64,000 nucleotides of DNA, from assembly GCA_018649665.1 (NCBI GenBank), contig JABIHL010000098.1, positions 660 to 64,659 of the forward strand, written 5' to 3'. The notes beneath the pieces are model-generated. The model did no database searches. It had not been told where the DNA came from and saw only the letters and a program-made list of their open reading frames with translations. Positions 48,979 to 58,865 of this stretch are shown piece after piece. The position numbers and the translations under genes are program-made. The DNA is from Chloroflexota bacterium. Lineage in GTDB: Bacteria; Chloroflexota; Dehalococcoidia; Lucifugimonadales; Lucifugimonadaceae. The number at the start of each line of letters is the position of its first letter. Position 1 is the first letter of the stretch.

Positions 48979-50154
48979 TCACTCGATCACGCGAAGAAGA
49001 TCAGCACACGCACTGAGCGACTCTAGCGTTTCTTTGCCCTGACACATCAGCACCATATTTCCGGCAACCACGTAGTCGAAATACTTAGGGAATCCGCACC
49101 TGCCAACGTGATGCCCACCGTTCGAATCGCACCGACGACGTTCGGTTAGACCTTCTGTCCACGTTTGATCGTCTTCGTAGAGCGACGCACCAGCACCTGT
49201 CGCATGATTGGCGAACTCGACACCCGCGCTTTTCGCCGACGCATGAGAGAAGTAGAAGCGTGCCTCATAGTCGAGCCGGTTGTACGGATCGATGCCGTAG
49301 AAACCATAGTGAGCCGAACTTGCCTCAGCGAGCTCTTTCACATCGTATGTTTTCGATTTTTTGAACCCGACTGCAACAAGATCGGCAATCGTGTACTTCC
49401 GTTCCGTGTCTTCGAGACGAGCAATCATGCCTTCAACATCGATATCGATTCCACACGTTGCTATAGCGTTCGAGAAACCCAACAAAAGTCCCCCACCGAG
49501 CAACTCGCCGTAGCCGTCGGCGAACGACTGCCCAAGCTCGACAACCATGCACTGTTCCGCAGGCGAAGAGTATCGCTTAGTGTCACTTCCACTAGCCGCA
49601 TTGTCATCATCAGTGTTTGAAGCGGCTAAGGCAGCCAATTCCTCTTGAGTAAGGCACTCGGTAAAGCCCTGAATCGCGATCTGTGCCTCGTGACTGGCAT
49701 CGTCGTCGCCATCGATCATTAACTCCGTAAGCACTCCTGCTGGAATGTCATCCAGCAACGAAGCCGCACACGCTGCCGAAGAACCGCTAAAGACGCCCAA
49801 TTCTCTCTGAATTTGCCCTGCTAGAAAACCAACAACGAACTCGTTTGAAAAGCAGCCTTGAATTGCCGCGTCTTCTTCATCGGTTGTCTCGATCTCGCCT
49901 AGAGCGAGCGACTTCATTCGATCTTCGCCTAGTTTGGCGTTGAAGCACGCAAGGTCGGCTTCAGGAATTTGGCTCAGGAACGCGTCAAAATCGGTTTCGG
50001 GAGATTCAGTGATAATCCCAATCGAAGGTGTCGAAGTTGGTGCCGGTGTAGCAGTTGGCGGAACTTCCGTCGGTTCCGAGGCGGCGTTCCCACATGCCGC
50101 AAACACGATGGCCACCAAACCTAGGATCGGGACTAAAAGCGAGCGACGATACAT
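48979..50154 (-). CDS. Cys-rich hypothetical lipoprotein
   Basis: FAAC lipobox, PTATP linker, three Cys-pair repeats and a C-terminal Cys-containing domain. Confidence 0.8.
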   Translation of the reverse strand: MYRRSLLVPILGLVAIVFAACGNAASEPTEVPPTATPAPTSTPSIGIITESPETDFDAFLSQIPEADLACFNAKLGEDRMKSLALGEIETTDEEDAAIQGCFSNEFVVGFLAGQIQRELGVFSGSSAACAASLLDDIPAGVLTELMIDGDDDASHEAQIAIQGFTECLTQEELAALAASNTDDDNAASGSDTKRYSSPAEQCMVVELGQSFADGYGELLGGGLLLGFSNAIATCGIDIDVEGMIARLEDTERKYTIADLVAVGFKKSKTYDVKELAEASSAHYGFYGIDPYNRLDYEARFYFSHASAKSAGVEFANHATGAGASLYEDDQTWTEGLTERRRCDSNGGHHVGRCGFPKYFDYVVAGNMVLMCQGKETLESLSACADLLRVIE

Positions 50155-50250
50155 CTGTTCCTCGAATATTGCTTGTTCAGCCCAAACTCAGGATAGTGCA
50201 CTAGGAATTCTACAACCGGGTTTTTTCGAATACGGCGATTTCACGAGGAT

Positions 50251-52749
50251 TTAGTTCGCTGGCCTTACGACGATGTTTACGAGCCTTCCCGGAACGTAAA
50301 TCTCTTTGACTATCGCCATGCCTTCTAGATGGCGAGCCACGTTTGTTGCCGACTTAGCAGCAACGATCGCAGCATCTTTATCGATATCGGCAGCAACTTC
50401 GATCTGATCACGCAGCTTGCCTTGAACCTGCACGGCAAGCGTAATCGTGTCGCTGACAATAAGTGATTCATCGAATTTAGGGTTCAACTCAAGGTGAATC
50501 GAACCAACATGACCCGTTCGCTCCCAAAGCTCTTCTGCGATATGCGGAGCCACAGGAGCGACGTGCAACAACAACCTATCTACAGCCACTCGCCACGTCG
50601 CGGCAGAAACGTCACCAGCCTCGTACCGGCGAGCAATCTCAGTGGTGAACTCCATCAGAGCCGATATCGAAGTGTTGAACTTGAACGTCTCCATATCAGC
50701 AAGAACACGCTTGGTCGTCGCATGCGACGCTCGTTCCAAATCCTTCTCGCCGTCTGAACCGTTCAAACCCGATTCGTCGCGCAGAGCAACGTCCCAAACT
50801 CGACCCAGCCAACGACGAATGCCATTTATACCGGAGTCCGACCAGTCGCCGCCTTGATCCCAAGGTCCCAAAAACATCAGGTAGCAGCGAAGCGTGTCGG
50901 CACCGTGTCTTTCGACCACCGGATCGGGAGTCAAAGGGTTTGATCGCTTTGAAATCTTCTTGTGATCTTTGATGAGCATTCCTTGGTTCATCAACTTGGT
51001 ATACGGCTCGTCAAAGTCGAGATATCCAAGATCACGCAACGCCTTATTGAAGAAACGGGAGTAGAGCAGGTGCATCACCGCGTGCTCGGCTCCGCCCATG
51101 TACTGGTTGACCGGCATCCACTGCTTCACCTTCTCGGAATCGATAGGTTCTTCGAGCGGATTCTTGCTCGCAAATCGCAGTTGGTACCAAGATGAACATA
51201 CGAACGTGTCGAGAGTATCGGTTTCACGTTTGGCGTCCTTGCCGCAGTCAGGACACGGAACGTGCATGAAGTCGGGGTGCTTCGCGAGGGGCGACTTGCC
51301 ATCGGCTTCGAATGTCACGTTTGAAGGCAGTATTACGGGCAAATCCTTCTCTGGAACCGGCACAGTTCCGCAATCATCGCAGTAGATGATCGGGATGGGC
51401 GTGCCCCAGTACCGCTGACGCGAAATCAGCCAGTCGCGAAGGTGATACGTGATAGTCCGGGTGCCGATGTTTTCGGATTCGATCTTGTCGGCGATAGCTT
51501 CCTTGCCATCGGTGCTCGACAACCCATCGAACTCGCCTGAATTGACCTGGGTTCCAACTGGAATCCACGCCTCTTCCAGTTCGCCGCCATCCCAGTTCGG
51601 TGGAGCGACAACTACTCGGATTTCGAGACCGTACTTCTTAGCAAATACGAAATCACGTGAGTCGTGAGCGGGAACGCCCATAACGGCTCCGGTGCCGTAG
51701 GTTGCCAGTACGTAATCACCCACCAAAACAGGAACGCGTTCGCCGTTCAAAGGATTGATGCAATAAGAACCAGTTTCGACGCCCGTTTTCTCGCGCTCGG
51801 TCGATGTTCGGTCGATCTCGGTCTGTCGACCTGCCTGCGCTACATATTCATCAACCCCTGCTTTATGCGAAGGCTGTGTCAGCTTTTCGACAAGCGGGTG
51901 CTCAGGCGCAAGCACGACAAACGTCACCCCGTAAACCGTATCGATACGAGTGGTGAAAGTTTCGATCTTCTCACCCGGTGCGAATTCGCTTACATCGAAC
52001 CCAATGGTCGTTCCAGTTGAACGACCAATCCAGTTTCGCTGCATCGTCTTGATCTTCTCAGGCCAATCGATCTTGTCCATATCGAGAAGTTCATCTGCAT
52101 ATTTCGTAATCGCGAAGTACCACTGTCGCAACGCGCGCTTGATTACGGGCGTACCGCAACGCTCGCAGGCGCCGTCTTTTACCTGCTCGTTAGCAAGCGT
52201 CGTTTGGTCCTGCGGACACCAGTTCGCCTGACCGTGCTTCCGATAGGCGAGTCCGTTTTCGTAGAACTTCAAGAACCAATACTGGTTCCACTTGTAGTAA
52301 TCAGGATCGGAAGTAGCTAGCTCACGTGTCCAGTCGTACCCAGCACCCATTTCTCGGAACTGTCGGCGCGAGTTGTCGATGTTCTTGTTGGTCCACTCAC
52401 GAGGATCTTCGCCGCGTTCGATAGCCGCGTTTTCGGCTGGAAGTCCGAACGAGTCGAAGCCCTGCGGCTGCATCACGTTGTAGCCCTGCATTCGTTTGAA
52501 ACGAGCGTACGTATCGGCGGGGGCATAGGCGTACCAGTGGCCCATGTGAAGTTCACCAGACGGGTACGGAAACATCGTTAGCGCAAAGTAGTTCTCTTTG
52601 CCCTCTACGTGGTCAGCGGCGTTGTAAATACCGTCGGCTTCCCACTTTGCTTGCCATTTTTTTTCGATATTGGCAGGCGTGTAGCGGTCGAAATCGTTGC
52701 CCGATTCTCCGCCTTCTGGACCTGATCGACTTTTACCCGTTGTAGTCAA
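50251..52749 (-). CDS. leuS: Leucine--tRNA ligase (TTG start inferred; ORF extends to 52857)
   Basis: MFPYPSGELHMGH, FTTR, GTGAVMGVPAHD, DWLISRQRYWG, GGAEHA. Confidence 0.97.
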   Translation of the reverse strand: MTTTGKSRSGPEGGESGNDFDRYTPANIEKKWQAKWEADGIYNAADHVEGKENYFALTMFPYPSGELHMGHWYAYAPADTYARFKRMQGYNVMQPQGFDSFGLPAENAAIERGEDPREWTNKNIDNSRRQFREMGAGYDWTRELATSDPDYYKWNQYWFLKFYENGLAYRKHGQANWCPQDQTTLANEQVKDGACERCGTPVIKRALRQWYFAITKYADELLDMDKIDWPEKIKTMQRNWIGRSTGTTIGFDVSEFAPGEKIETFTTRIDTVYGVTFVVLAPEHPLVEKLTQPSHKAGVDEYVAQAGRQTEIDRTSTEREKTGVETGSYCINPLNGERVPVLVGDYVLATYGTGAVMGVPAHDSRDFVFAKKYGLEIRVVVAPPNWDGGELEEAWIPVGTQVNSGEFDGLSSTDGKEAIADKIESENIGTRTITYHLRDWLISRQRYWGTPIPIIYCDDCGTVPVPEKDLPVILPSNVTFEADGKSPLAKHPDFMHVPCPDCGKDAKRETDTLDTFVCSSWYQLRFASKNPLEEPIDSEKVKQWMPVNQYMGGAEHAVMHLLYSRFFNKALRDLGYLDFDEPYTKLMNQGMLIKDHKKISKRSNPLTPDPVVERHGADTLRCYLMFLGPWDQGGDWSDSGINGIRRWLGRVWDVALRDESGLNGSDGEKDLERASHATTKRVLADMETFKFNTSISALMEFTTEIARRYEAGDVSAATWRVAVDRLLLHVAPVAPHIAEELWERTGHVGSIHLELNPKFDESLIVSDTITLAVQVQGKLRDQIEVAADIDKDAAIVAAKSATNVARHLEGMAIVKEIYVPGRLVNIVVRPAN

Positions 52750-52885
52750 AATTCGTTTCCGGACTTGCTCGTGATCGCTGTGTGTTAGCTGGCGATCAAA
52801 CCAATTTAGCTCGCACTCGTGCGCGAGAAACACGCCACGAGTGGCGAATTTTACCAATGGTTAAGAGCGAACGGCGGATATAAGG

Positions 52886-53242
52886 CTATTTAGCCGGACT
52901 AGCGAGCGCCCATTTCCAGCGAACGTAGACGAGTGTGCCGATGATTAATGCGGCCCACGGCATCGAGAACGTAGCGAGTCCAACCGGGATTAGCGGAAGC
53001 ATGCAAACGACGAAAATCACCAACGCGGTTTTTCTCATCTTTTGACTCGAACGACCCAATATCTCGGTGAATCGTGCGAGTGCGACGCCCGCTACGGTCG
53101 CGATCAGCGCGAACCCACCGATTCTTAGAGCCATCGATAGTCCCTCGTCTTTGAACGATGGGTGGAACGCAATGACGCCGATGGTGATTACGAAAATAAT
53201 CGACCATGCCGTGATTAGTATGTCTCTAACACTAGAACTCAT
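52886..53242 (-). CDS. Small four-TM hypothetical membrane protein
   Basis: Four hydrophobic segments; co-oriented with neighbours. Confidence 0.7.
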   Translation of the reverse strand: MSSSVRDILITAWSIIFVITIGVIAFHPSFKDEGLSMALRIGGFALIATVAGVALARFTEILGRSSQKMRKTALVIFVVCMLPLIPVGLATFSMPWAALIIGTLVYVRWKWALASPAK

Positions 53243-53253
53243 AGCAGTTCAGA

Positions 53254-54036
53254 CTACCCAACCTCAACCGCGTCGCCAACATGGATTTCCGTGTGGTCTT
53301 CAACCGGTAGCAGCCTAATTGCGAAAGTCGGAATTTCGAATCCGTTCGCCGTTATCAGGTTTTTCATGATGTCTTGATCTTGCTCACCATCGACGGGATT
53401 TGCATGTGTTGCCAGACACCGAGGAATGGTTTTTTCTGCCGTATATACGTGGTCGCCAATGGTTACTCGCCCCGACCACGAAATCTCTTCCCAAGCTTCA
53501 GCGCCATCGATAACTACGTTCGACCGGAATCGTCGACCGTCGACCGCAATTCCCATGCTTGCTTCCAGCGCAGCCAGCGACTCTCGGCTGAATATCGTCA
53601 CTCCACCAATCTCCGAATCATGGAATAAGCCCTGTCGTCCGTCTCCGATCAGGTTCAGCGGAACTCGCTCGGGGTGACCCACAAGTGGGTTAATATCGAG
53701 CGAGGTGACGTACTCTTTGAGAGCCTCGCTTAGGTCAAGACGATCCTCTTGGGAATCGATCGATCCTTGAGCGAACACTTCGCCTTCGTAATTCAGTGTG
53801 AGCGTTCGAGTTGCGTCGTCATAGCTGAGATCAAGAAGAGCCATCGCAGGTGTGTTTGAAAGAGCGACAAAGTTGATCTTACGTCGCCACGCCCAGTCGT
53901 CGGGATCCCCCTGATCGGCGAACCGAAATCCCAAGACTCGGTCGCCATGAACTTTGCCGCCATTCACCTCGATACGATCAAGCCGCTCTGGAGTAAATGA
54001 CTTCACAGGGTGTCGGTATAGTTCTACTACTTTCAT
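53254..54036 (-). CDS. MOSC-domain protein
   Basis: LYRHPVKS, GDR, RRFRSNVV, PRC, VGD. Confidence 0.85.
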   Translation of the reverse strand: MKVVELYRHPVKSFTPERLDRIEVNGGKVHGDRVLGFRFADQGDPDDWAWRRKINFVALSNTPAMALLDLSYDDATRTLTLNYEGEVFAQGSIDSQEDRLDLSEALKEYVTSLDINPLVGHPERVPLNLIGDGRQGLFHDSEIGGVTIFSRESLAALEASMGIAVDGRRFRSNVVIDGAEAWEEISWSGRVTIGDHVYTAEKTIPRCLATHANPVDGEQDQDIMKNLITANGFEIPTFAIRLLPVEDHTEIHVGDAVEVG

Positions 54037-54449
54037 GAGAGGCGTTTTCCTAGTGATGTCACTTCGTCTTTGACGTAACCAATCGAATCGTAAAAGCCCA
54101 GCACAGCAGAATTCGTCGAGCGCACTTGCAGATTGATCTTCACGCAGCCGAGATTCTTAAGAGCTTCTTCGGCGTGATTCATCATCGTCTCACCGTTCCC
54201 ACTGCGCTGAATCGTCGGATCGACAGCTAAATAGTTGATCCACCCGCGGTGACCCTCGTAGCCCGCCATCACCGTTGCGATGATCGATTCTCGTTCGGTT
54301 CCAACGAAAAACAACTCGGGCTGGAACGACATTTTAAGATCGATATCTCTATCGGGGTCGTTCTGCAGTCGAACAAGATCGCACCACTCCCATAGAGCGA
54401 TTACGTGAGTGCGATCAGATTCCTGAAACTTACGAATATCCATTTTCAA
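54033..54449 (-). CDS. GNAT acetyltransferase (YpeA-like)
   Basis: MAGYEGHRGWINYLAV, GCVKINLQVR. Confidence 0.9.
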   Translation of the reverse strand: MKMDIRKFQESDRTHVIALWEWCDLVRLQNDPDRDIDLKMSFQPELFFVGTERESIIATVMAGYEGHRGWINYLAVDPTIQRSGNGETMMNHAEEALKNLGCVKINLQVRSTNSAVLGFYDSIGYVKDEVTSLGKRLS

Positions 54450-54483
54450 ACCATGCCTACAATTTCAATAGGAACAGTGCCAC

Positions 54484-55419
54484 TTAGAAGCGTGACTCGC
54501 CGCGCTTCGAATCAAAATGCGTCTTTAGATCGGGGTTGGCGACGATGTAGTCTTTCGAATCCATCACCAGGTTTTCCTGGAGCTGAATCGTCATGCCGCC
54601 ATCCACAGCCAGAACATGACCCGTGATGAACGACGCTTCGTTTGAGCACAGGAAACCAACTGCGTTCGCAATATCTTCAGGAACACCCGTTCGACGAACA
54701 GGGTAGTGCAGTTCGAACAATCGGAACCCCGCGTCGTTTCCGACCTCGTTCCAGTGCTCGTCACCACGTTCTGTCACGATATGCCCCGGAGCGATGGCGT
54801 TGACGGTGATTCCAAGCGGACCGAAGTCGATCGCCATCTGCTTAGTAAGACCGATCACGGCTGCTTTACCAGCGTTGTAGATCAGCGAACGTGGAGCCTG
54901 ATGAAGTCCGTGCACAGAAGCCATGTTCACGATGCGACCTACGTTTTGCGCTGGTGGGCTGCCATGTCGTCGCCCGGCACCACTCCACGAGGACTGCTCG
55001 AAATTTGGGTCGGCTCCCGATTCTTCCATAGCGGGAACGGCGTACTTGGCTCCGAGATACAGAGCACCAACAAGCAGGTCCATGCCGCTGTGCCAGTTCT
55101 CAGGCTCTACTTCCACGGCACTGCCAGCGTTGTCGGCTCCTGCGTAGGCGTTTTGAACGAGAAGATCGAGTCGACCAAAAGACGAAACGGCATTTTCGAC
55201 CATCGCTTCGGCAGTCGACTGCTTCGATACGTCGCCAGCCATGAACTCGGCTTTGCCGCCGGCTGCACGAATCTCATTGACGGTGTTCGCACCGGCAGAT
55301 TCGTTCACGTCGACGATCAAAACGCTGCCGCCATCGGCTGCGATTCGTCGAGCGCACCCGCCGCCAATGCCGAGCGCTCCACCAGTAACAATTGCGCCCC
55401 GACCGTCAAATCTGCCCAT
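54484..55419 (-). CDS. SDR-family oxidoreductase
   Basis: TGGALGIG, YNAGK, VNAIAPG, FITG..L.VDGG. Confidence 0.9.
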   Translation of the reverse strand: MGRFDGRGAIVTGGALGIGGGCARRIAADGGSVLIVDVNESAGANTVNEIRAAGGKAEFMAGDVSKQSTAEAMVENAVSSFGRLDLLVQNAYAGADNAGSAVEVEPENWHSGMDLLVGALYLGAKYAVPAMEESGADPNFEQSSWSGAGRRHGSPPAQNVGRIVNMASVHGLHQAPRSLIYNAGKAAVIGLTKQMAIDFGPLGITVNAIAPGHIVTERGDEHWNEVGNDAGFRLFELHYPVRRTGVPEDIANAVGFLCSNEASFITGHVLAVDGGMTIQLQENLVMDSKDYIVANPDLKTHFDSKRGESRF

Positions 55420-55531
55420 TAATTTCGCCTCTAGTGTTCGTGCTTGTCTCTCAATTCGTGACACAGCACATTGTTCCAGATTCGAGAACGCAATGGGGTG
55501 ACATATTCACTGTCCCCTTAGTAGGCCGCCA

Positions 55532-55688
55532 TCCTCTTCTCGACCGGAGCAAAGCGGAGCGGAGCGACCTGAAACGAGAGTTCCGGCAGCGATCTCCAGC
55601 AGCACAAATCAGTTGAATATCGAACTAAGTAAACGGCGTACTCGACCCAGATCCCTCCGCTCCGCTTTGCTCCGGTCGGGACGAGGGA
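55532..55688. repeat. REPIN-like element, family B copy 3
   Basis: CCTCTTCTCGACCGGAGCAAAGCGGAGCGGAG / AGATCCCTCCGCTCCGCTTTGCTCCGGTCGGGACGAGG. Confidence 0.85.
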
Positions 55689-55848
55689 GGTGTGGGTGTC
55701 GATGAATACGGGTGAGCTGGATTGGAGCGAATGACCTCGCCCAGATCGGAAGTCAAAACGCTCGACCATTGCTTGGTGACGGCGTAACCTGCCACCGTTC
55801 GGCAGATCAACTGCTCGTATCACGGTCACTGGTCACAGGAGAAAAAAC

Positions 55849-57441
55849 TTGGCATTCGATGTAGTTATTCGCGGCGGCACAGTGGTCGACGGCACGGGAG
55901 CGGCTCCCGTAAAAGCCGATATCGGTATTACTGGCGATCGAATCACGACCGTTGGCGATATTCCTAAATCGGCTAGCGAATCAGCCAAGACAATCGACGC
56001 CACTGGACTTCACATCTCCCCCGGCTTTATCGATGTTCACTCTCACGCCGACGTTGCGTTACTCAACGATGGTCAGCACGCGCAGGGTATTCGGCAGGGC
56101 GTGACGACGGAAATCATTTCTCCCGATGGGCTCTCGCTTGCTCCGCTTTCGGCTGAAAATTACAAGATGTACAGCACGTACCTCTCAGGAATACTGGACT
56201 TGGCTCCCGCTGACATCGACATGTCGTCGATCAGTGCCGCTCGTGCGAACTACCACAACAAAACCGCCTGCAATGTGGCGATGTTTGCCGCTCACGGACC
56301 TATAAGGCTCGAAACGGCTGGTATGAACGATGTGCCACTAACCGGCGATCTTCTCAAAGCCACAAAACTGTTACTTCGAGAGTCGCTAGAACAGGGAGCT
56401 GTTGGCCTCTCCACTGGCCTTACATACTTCCCGCACGCATATTCCGACACCGCCGAGATGTGTGAATTGATGGAAGTCACGAAGGAGTTCGATCTACCAT
56501 TGTCGATTCACCTTCGTAGCCACAATCGTGACCGTGCGTTCGGTAACGGGGGCGTTCCGGAAGCTCTCGAGATTGCAAGGCGTACTGGTTCGAAACTCCA
56601 CTTCGAACACCACCGCACGTTCCCGAAAACGGCGGGACAGGTTGCCGAGCTCATGGAGCCGATAGACGCAGCCAAGGCTGAGGGTCTCGACATCACTCTC
56701 GAGGCATACCCCTATTCGGTTGGTTCGTCGTACCCAGTGGCGTACTTCCCCGGCTACTTCAACGAGGGTGGAACAGAGGAAATGCTCAAAACTTTGTCCG
56801 ACAAAAAGAAGCGAATCGAACTTATTTCCCGTATGGGTGAAGACAACTATTCGACCCCGGCCGGCAATGTGTGGTCGTTCATCGGTTTGGAAAAGTACAA
56901 GCATTTCGAAGGCCAGCAGTTCGAGGACGTGGCAGAGGAGTGGGGACTTAGTGTTGCGGAGATGATGTGTCGAATGATGGTCGAGACGAATTTCGCATGT
57001 GGCATGCGAGGTGCCCCGCCTGCGAACATCGCGAAATGGCGTCAGGTCGAAGCAGATGTGATGGAACTGTTGTCGAGACCCGACTACATGATCGGATCTG
57101 ACTCGATCTCTGCTGGCGGCGTACCGCACCCACGTGGTCACGGCTGTTTTGCACGGTTTGTTGGTCGTCTGCGTCGACGTCACAACTACCCGATCGAGCA
57201 AATCATCCAGCGCGTTACACAAAACCCTGCTGAACGTTTCAAATTGACCGACCGTGGTGTTCTCGCAGAAGGCAAGTTCGCTGATCTAGTGATTTTCGAC
57301 TCAGAGACGATTAACGATCGAGCGACATTCGACGATCCAATCGCCTACGCAGAAGGCGTCCCGCACGTAATCGTGAACGGCAAGTTGGTGGTCGAAAACG
57401 AAGCGGTCACTGGCGTGATGGCAGGACACGCCATTCCGTAG
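55849..57441 (+). CDS. N-acyl-D-amino-acid deacylase family amidohydrolase
   Basis: VVDGTG, PGFIDVHSH, QGVTT, GLSTGL, GSD, HPRGHG.F.R, DRG.LAEG..AD. Confidence 0.9.
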   Translation: MAFDVVIRGGTVVDGTGAAPVKADIGITGDRITTVGDIPKSASESAKTIDATGLHISPGFIDVHSHADVALLNDGQHAQGIRQGVTTEIISPDGLSLAPLSAENYKMYSTYLSGILDLAPADIDMSSISAARANYHNKTACNVAMFAAHGPIRLETAGMNDVPLTGDLLKATKLLLRESLEQGAVGLSTGLTYFPHAYSDTAEMCELMEVTKEFDLPLSIHLRSHNRDRAFGNGGVPEALEIARRTGSKLHFEHHRTFPKTAGQVAELMEPIDAAKAEGLDITLEAYPYSVGSSYPVAYFPGYFNEGGTEEMLKTLSDKKKRIELISRMGEDNYSTPAGNVWSFIGLEKYKHFEGQQFEDVAEEWGLSVAEMMCRMMVETNFACGMRGAPPANIAKWRQVEADVMELLSRPDYMIGSDSISAGGVPHPRGHGCFARFVGRLRRRHNYPIEQIIQRVTQNPAERFKLTDRGVLAEGKFADLVIFDSETINDRATFDDPIAYAEGVPHVIVNGKLVVENEAVTGVMAGHAIP

Positions 57442-57607
57442 ACCGTTCCGAATAAGTCTAAGTCACGCCACACGTAATGAACATCTGGCATAGGACTATC
57501 GTCCCGTACGCGAGTAATACTCATGTAACCGCCGTTTGAAGATCATAGTTTGCAGGAAACCACCGCAACGGTATTGAGGAGACCGAAGCGGAGGGGATAT
57601 TTTGACT

Positions 57608-58544
57608 ATGAACTTCTCGCGACTTACTTTTGGTTCTCGCACCAATAACGCCAGCGCTACATCTGCAATTCCAATTTCGGTTTCAAACCGATTCATTGCA
57701 GCACTTTTGGCGACATTCGCCGCACTTACTATTTCGTTCTTCGGATCGGCTCAATAGGCAAGTGCAGATTCGGGCACTACTTCGCCCGTTCCTGATCCGA
57801 GTCCAATCCCCGGCACTCCAACTGACGTAACAGCACGAGCTGGCGATCAGGTAGCTGCTGTCTCATGGCAATCCGCCTAAAATAGTGTTCGTGCCGATGG
57901 GTATGTAATGGTTTCAAACCCTGGCGAAATTACGGTCGAAGCTGAGCAAGATCAATTCCTCATTAGAGTTCCCGGACTCGAAAACGGCACGGAGTACACG
58001 TTCACTGTCACTGGACTCAAAAAGAACGGTCGAAGTTGAGGCTTCAGAGCCATCAAACGCCGTAACGCCTTCGGCAGATAGCGAACTCGACGACGACGAG
58101 TTGCGACGCCTACACGAACGACTTCGCAAAAAGGCTGCTGAAGCTCGAAAGCGATTCGAAAAGGCGCAAGAGCACGCATGAGAAAAACTCGAATCGACAC
58201 GAGACCGAGTCGATGGTCACCTCGACAAACAAACCGACCGCGCACGCGAGTTTGTTGAGAAGTCACGGGAGCTTGCCGATAAGCGAAACGACAAGCAGTC
58301 GGAACAGGCTCGCAGCTGGTATGGCCGACTCACAAATTCGCAGGAACGAACCGACGAGCGAATTACGAGAGCTGAAGAAAAAGCCCGAAGCAGAGTCGAG
58401 AAGGCCACCGAACGAGCCGATAACGTTCTCGCTCGAACAGAAGAACGCCTAACCGACTGTGTCTCCAGCATCCGTGATCGTCTGCACAAATTGCTCATTC
58501 GACTTCGCGAGGTCTGGTCGGAACGCGCTAACACCGAATCTTAA
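57608..58544 (+). pseudogene. Disrupted secreted fibronectin type III + coiled-coil protein
   Basis: Signal-like N-terminus, PGTPTDVTA...VSW...GLENGTEYTFTV...SEPSNAVTP, then charged helix. Stops at 57755, 57878 and 58179; frameshift near 58037. Confidence 0.8.
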
Positions 58545-58775
58545 TTCGGTCTTTCACAAATCGTTCGCAAATATGAAGGCATACGGACAGCCTCATACCC
58601 CCAATGCCCTAGGGCGGATATCGTTTGTATCCGCCTGCTTGATTAAGCGTCCGCCTAATGATCAAGCTGAGCTCTGCATGCTCGAATTAGCCCACTACGA
58701 CCAATGTCATCCTGAGGCTCTCGAAGGGTCATTTTCAGGATCTTTCTCAACCGAGGGCAGCGTTAGTCGCAGTCT

Positions 58776-58852
58776 CGTTAGTCGCGCTCGTCATCGGATG
58801 ACTCGGCTCCGCGGCGCAATTCTCCTAACCTAGCCCTTCCGTCTGGAAGGGG
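58776..58852 (-). repeat. Structured element A, copy 4
   Basis: Reverse complement CCCCTTCCAGACGGAAGGGCTAGGTTAGGAGAATTGCGCCGCGGAGCCGAGTCATCCGATGACGAGCGCGACTAACG. Confidence 0.9.
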
Positions 58853-58865
58853 ATAGCTGCGGTGT

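Noticed and set aside
52750-52885. T-box riboswitch upstream of leuS
   Set aside because: The region is too short and lacks the T-box consensus and terminator; only small hairpins are present.
54706-55422. Long antisense ORFs (also 56494-57222, 8773-9402, 35810-36406)
   Set aside because: They are shadows of well-supported genes on the opposite strand.
57755-58181. Stop-codon recoding (Sec/Pyl) in the FN3 gene
   Set aside because: All three stop types plus a frameshift occur, and neighbouring genes use these stops normally.
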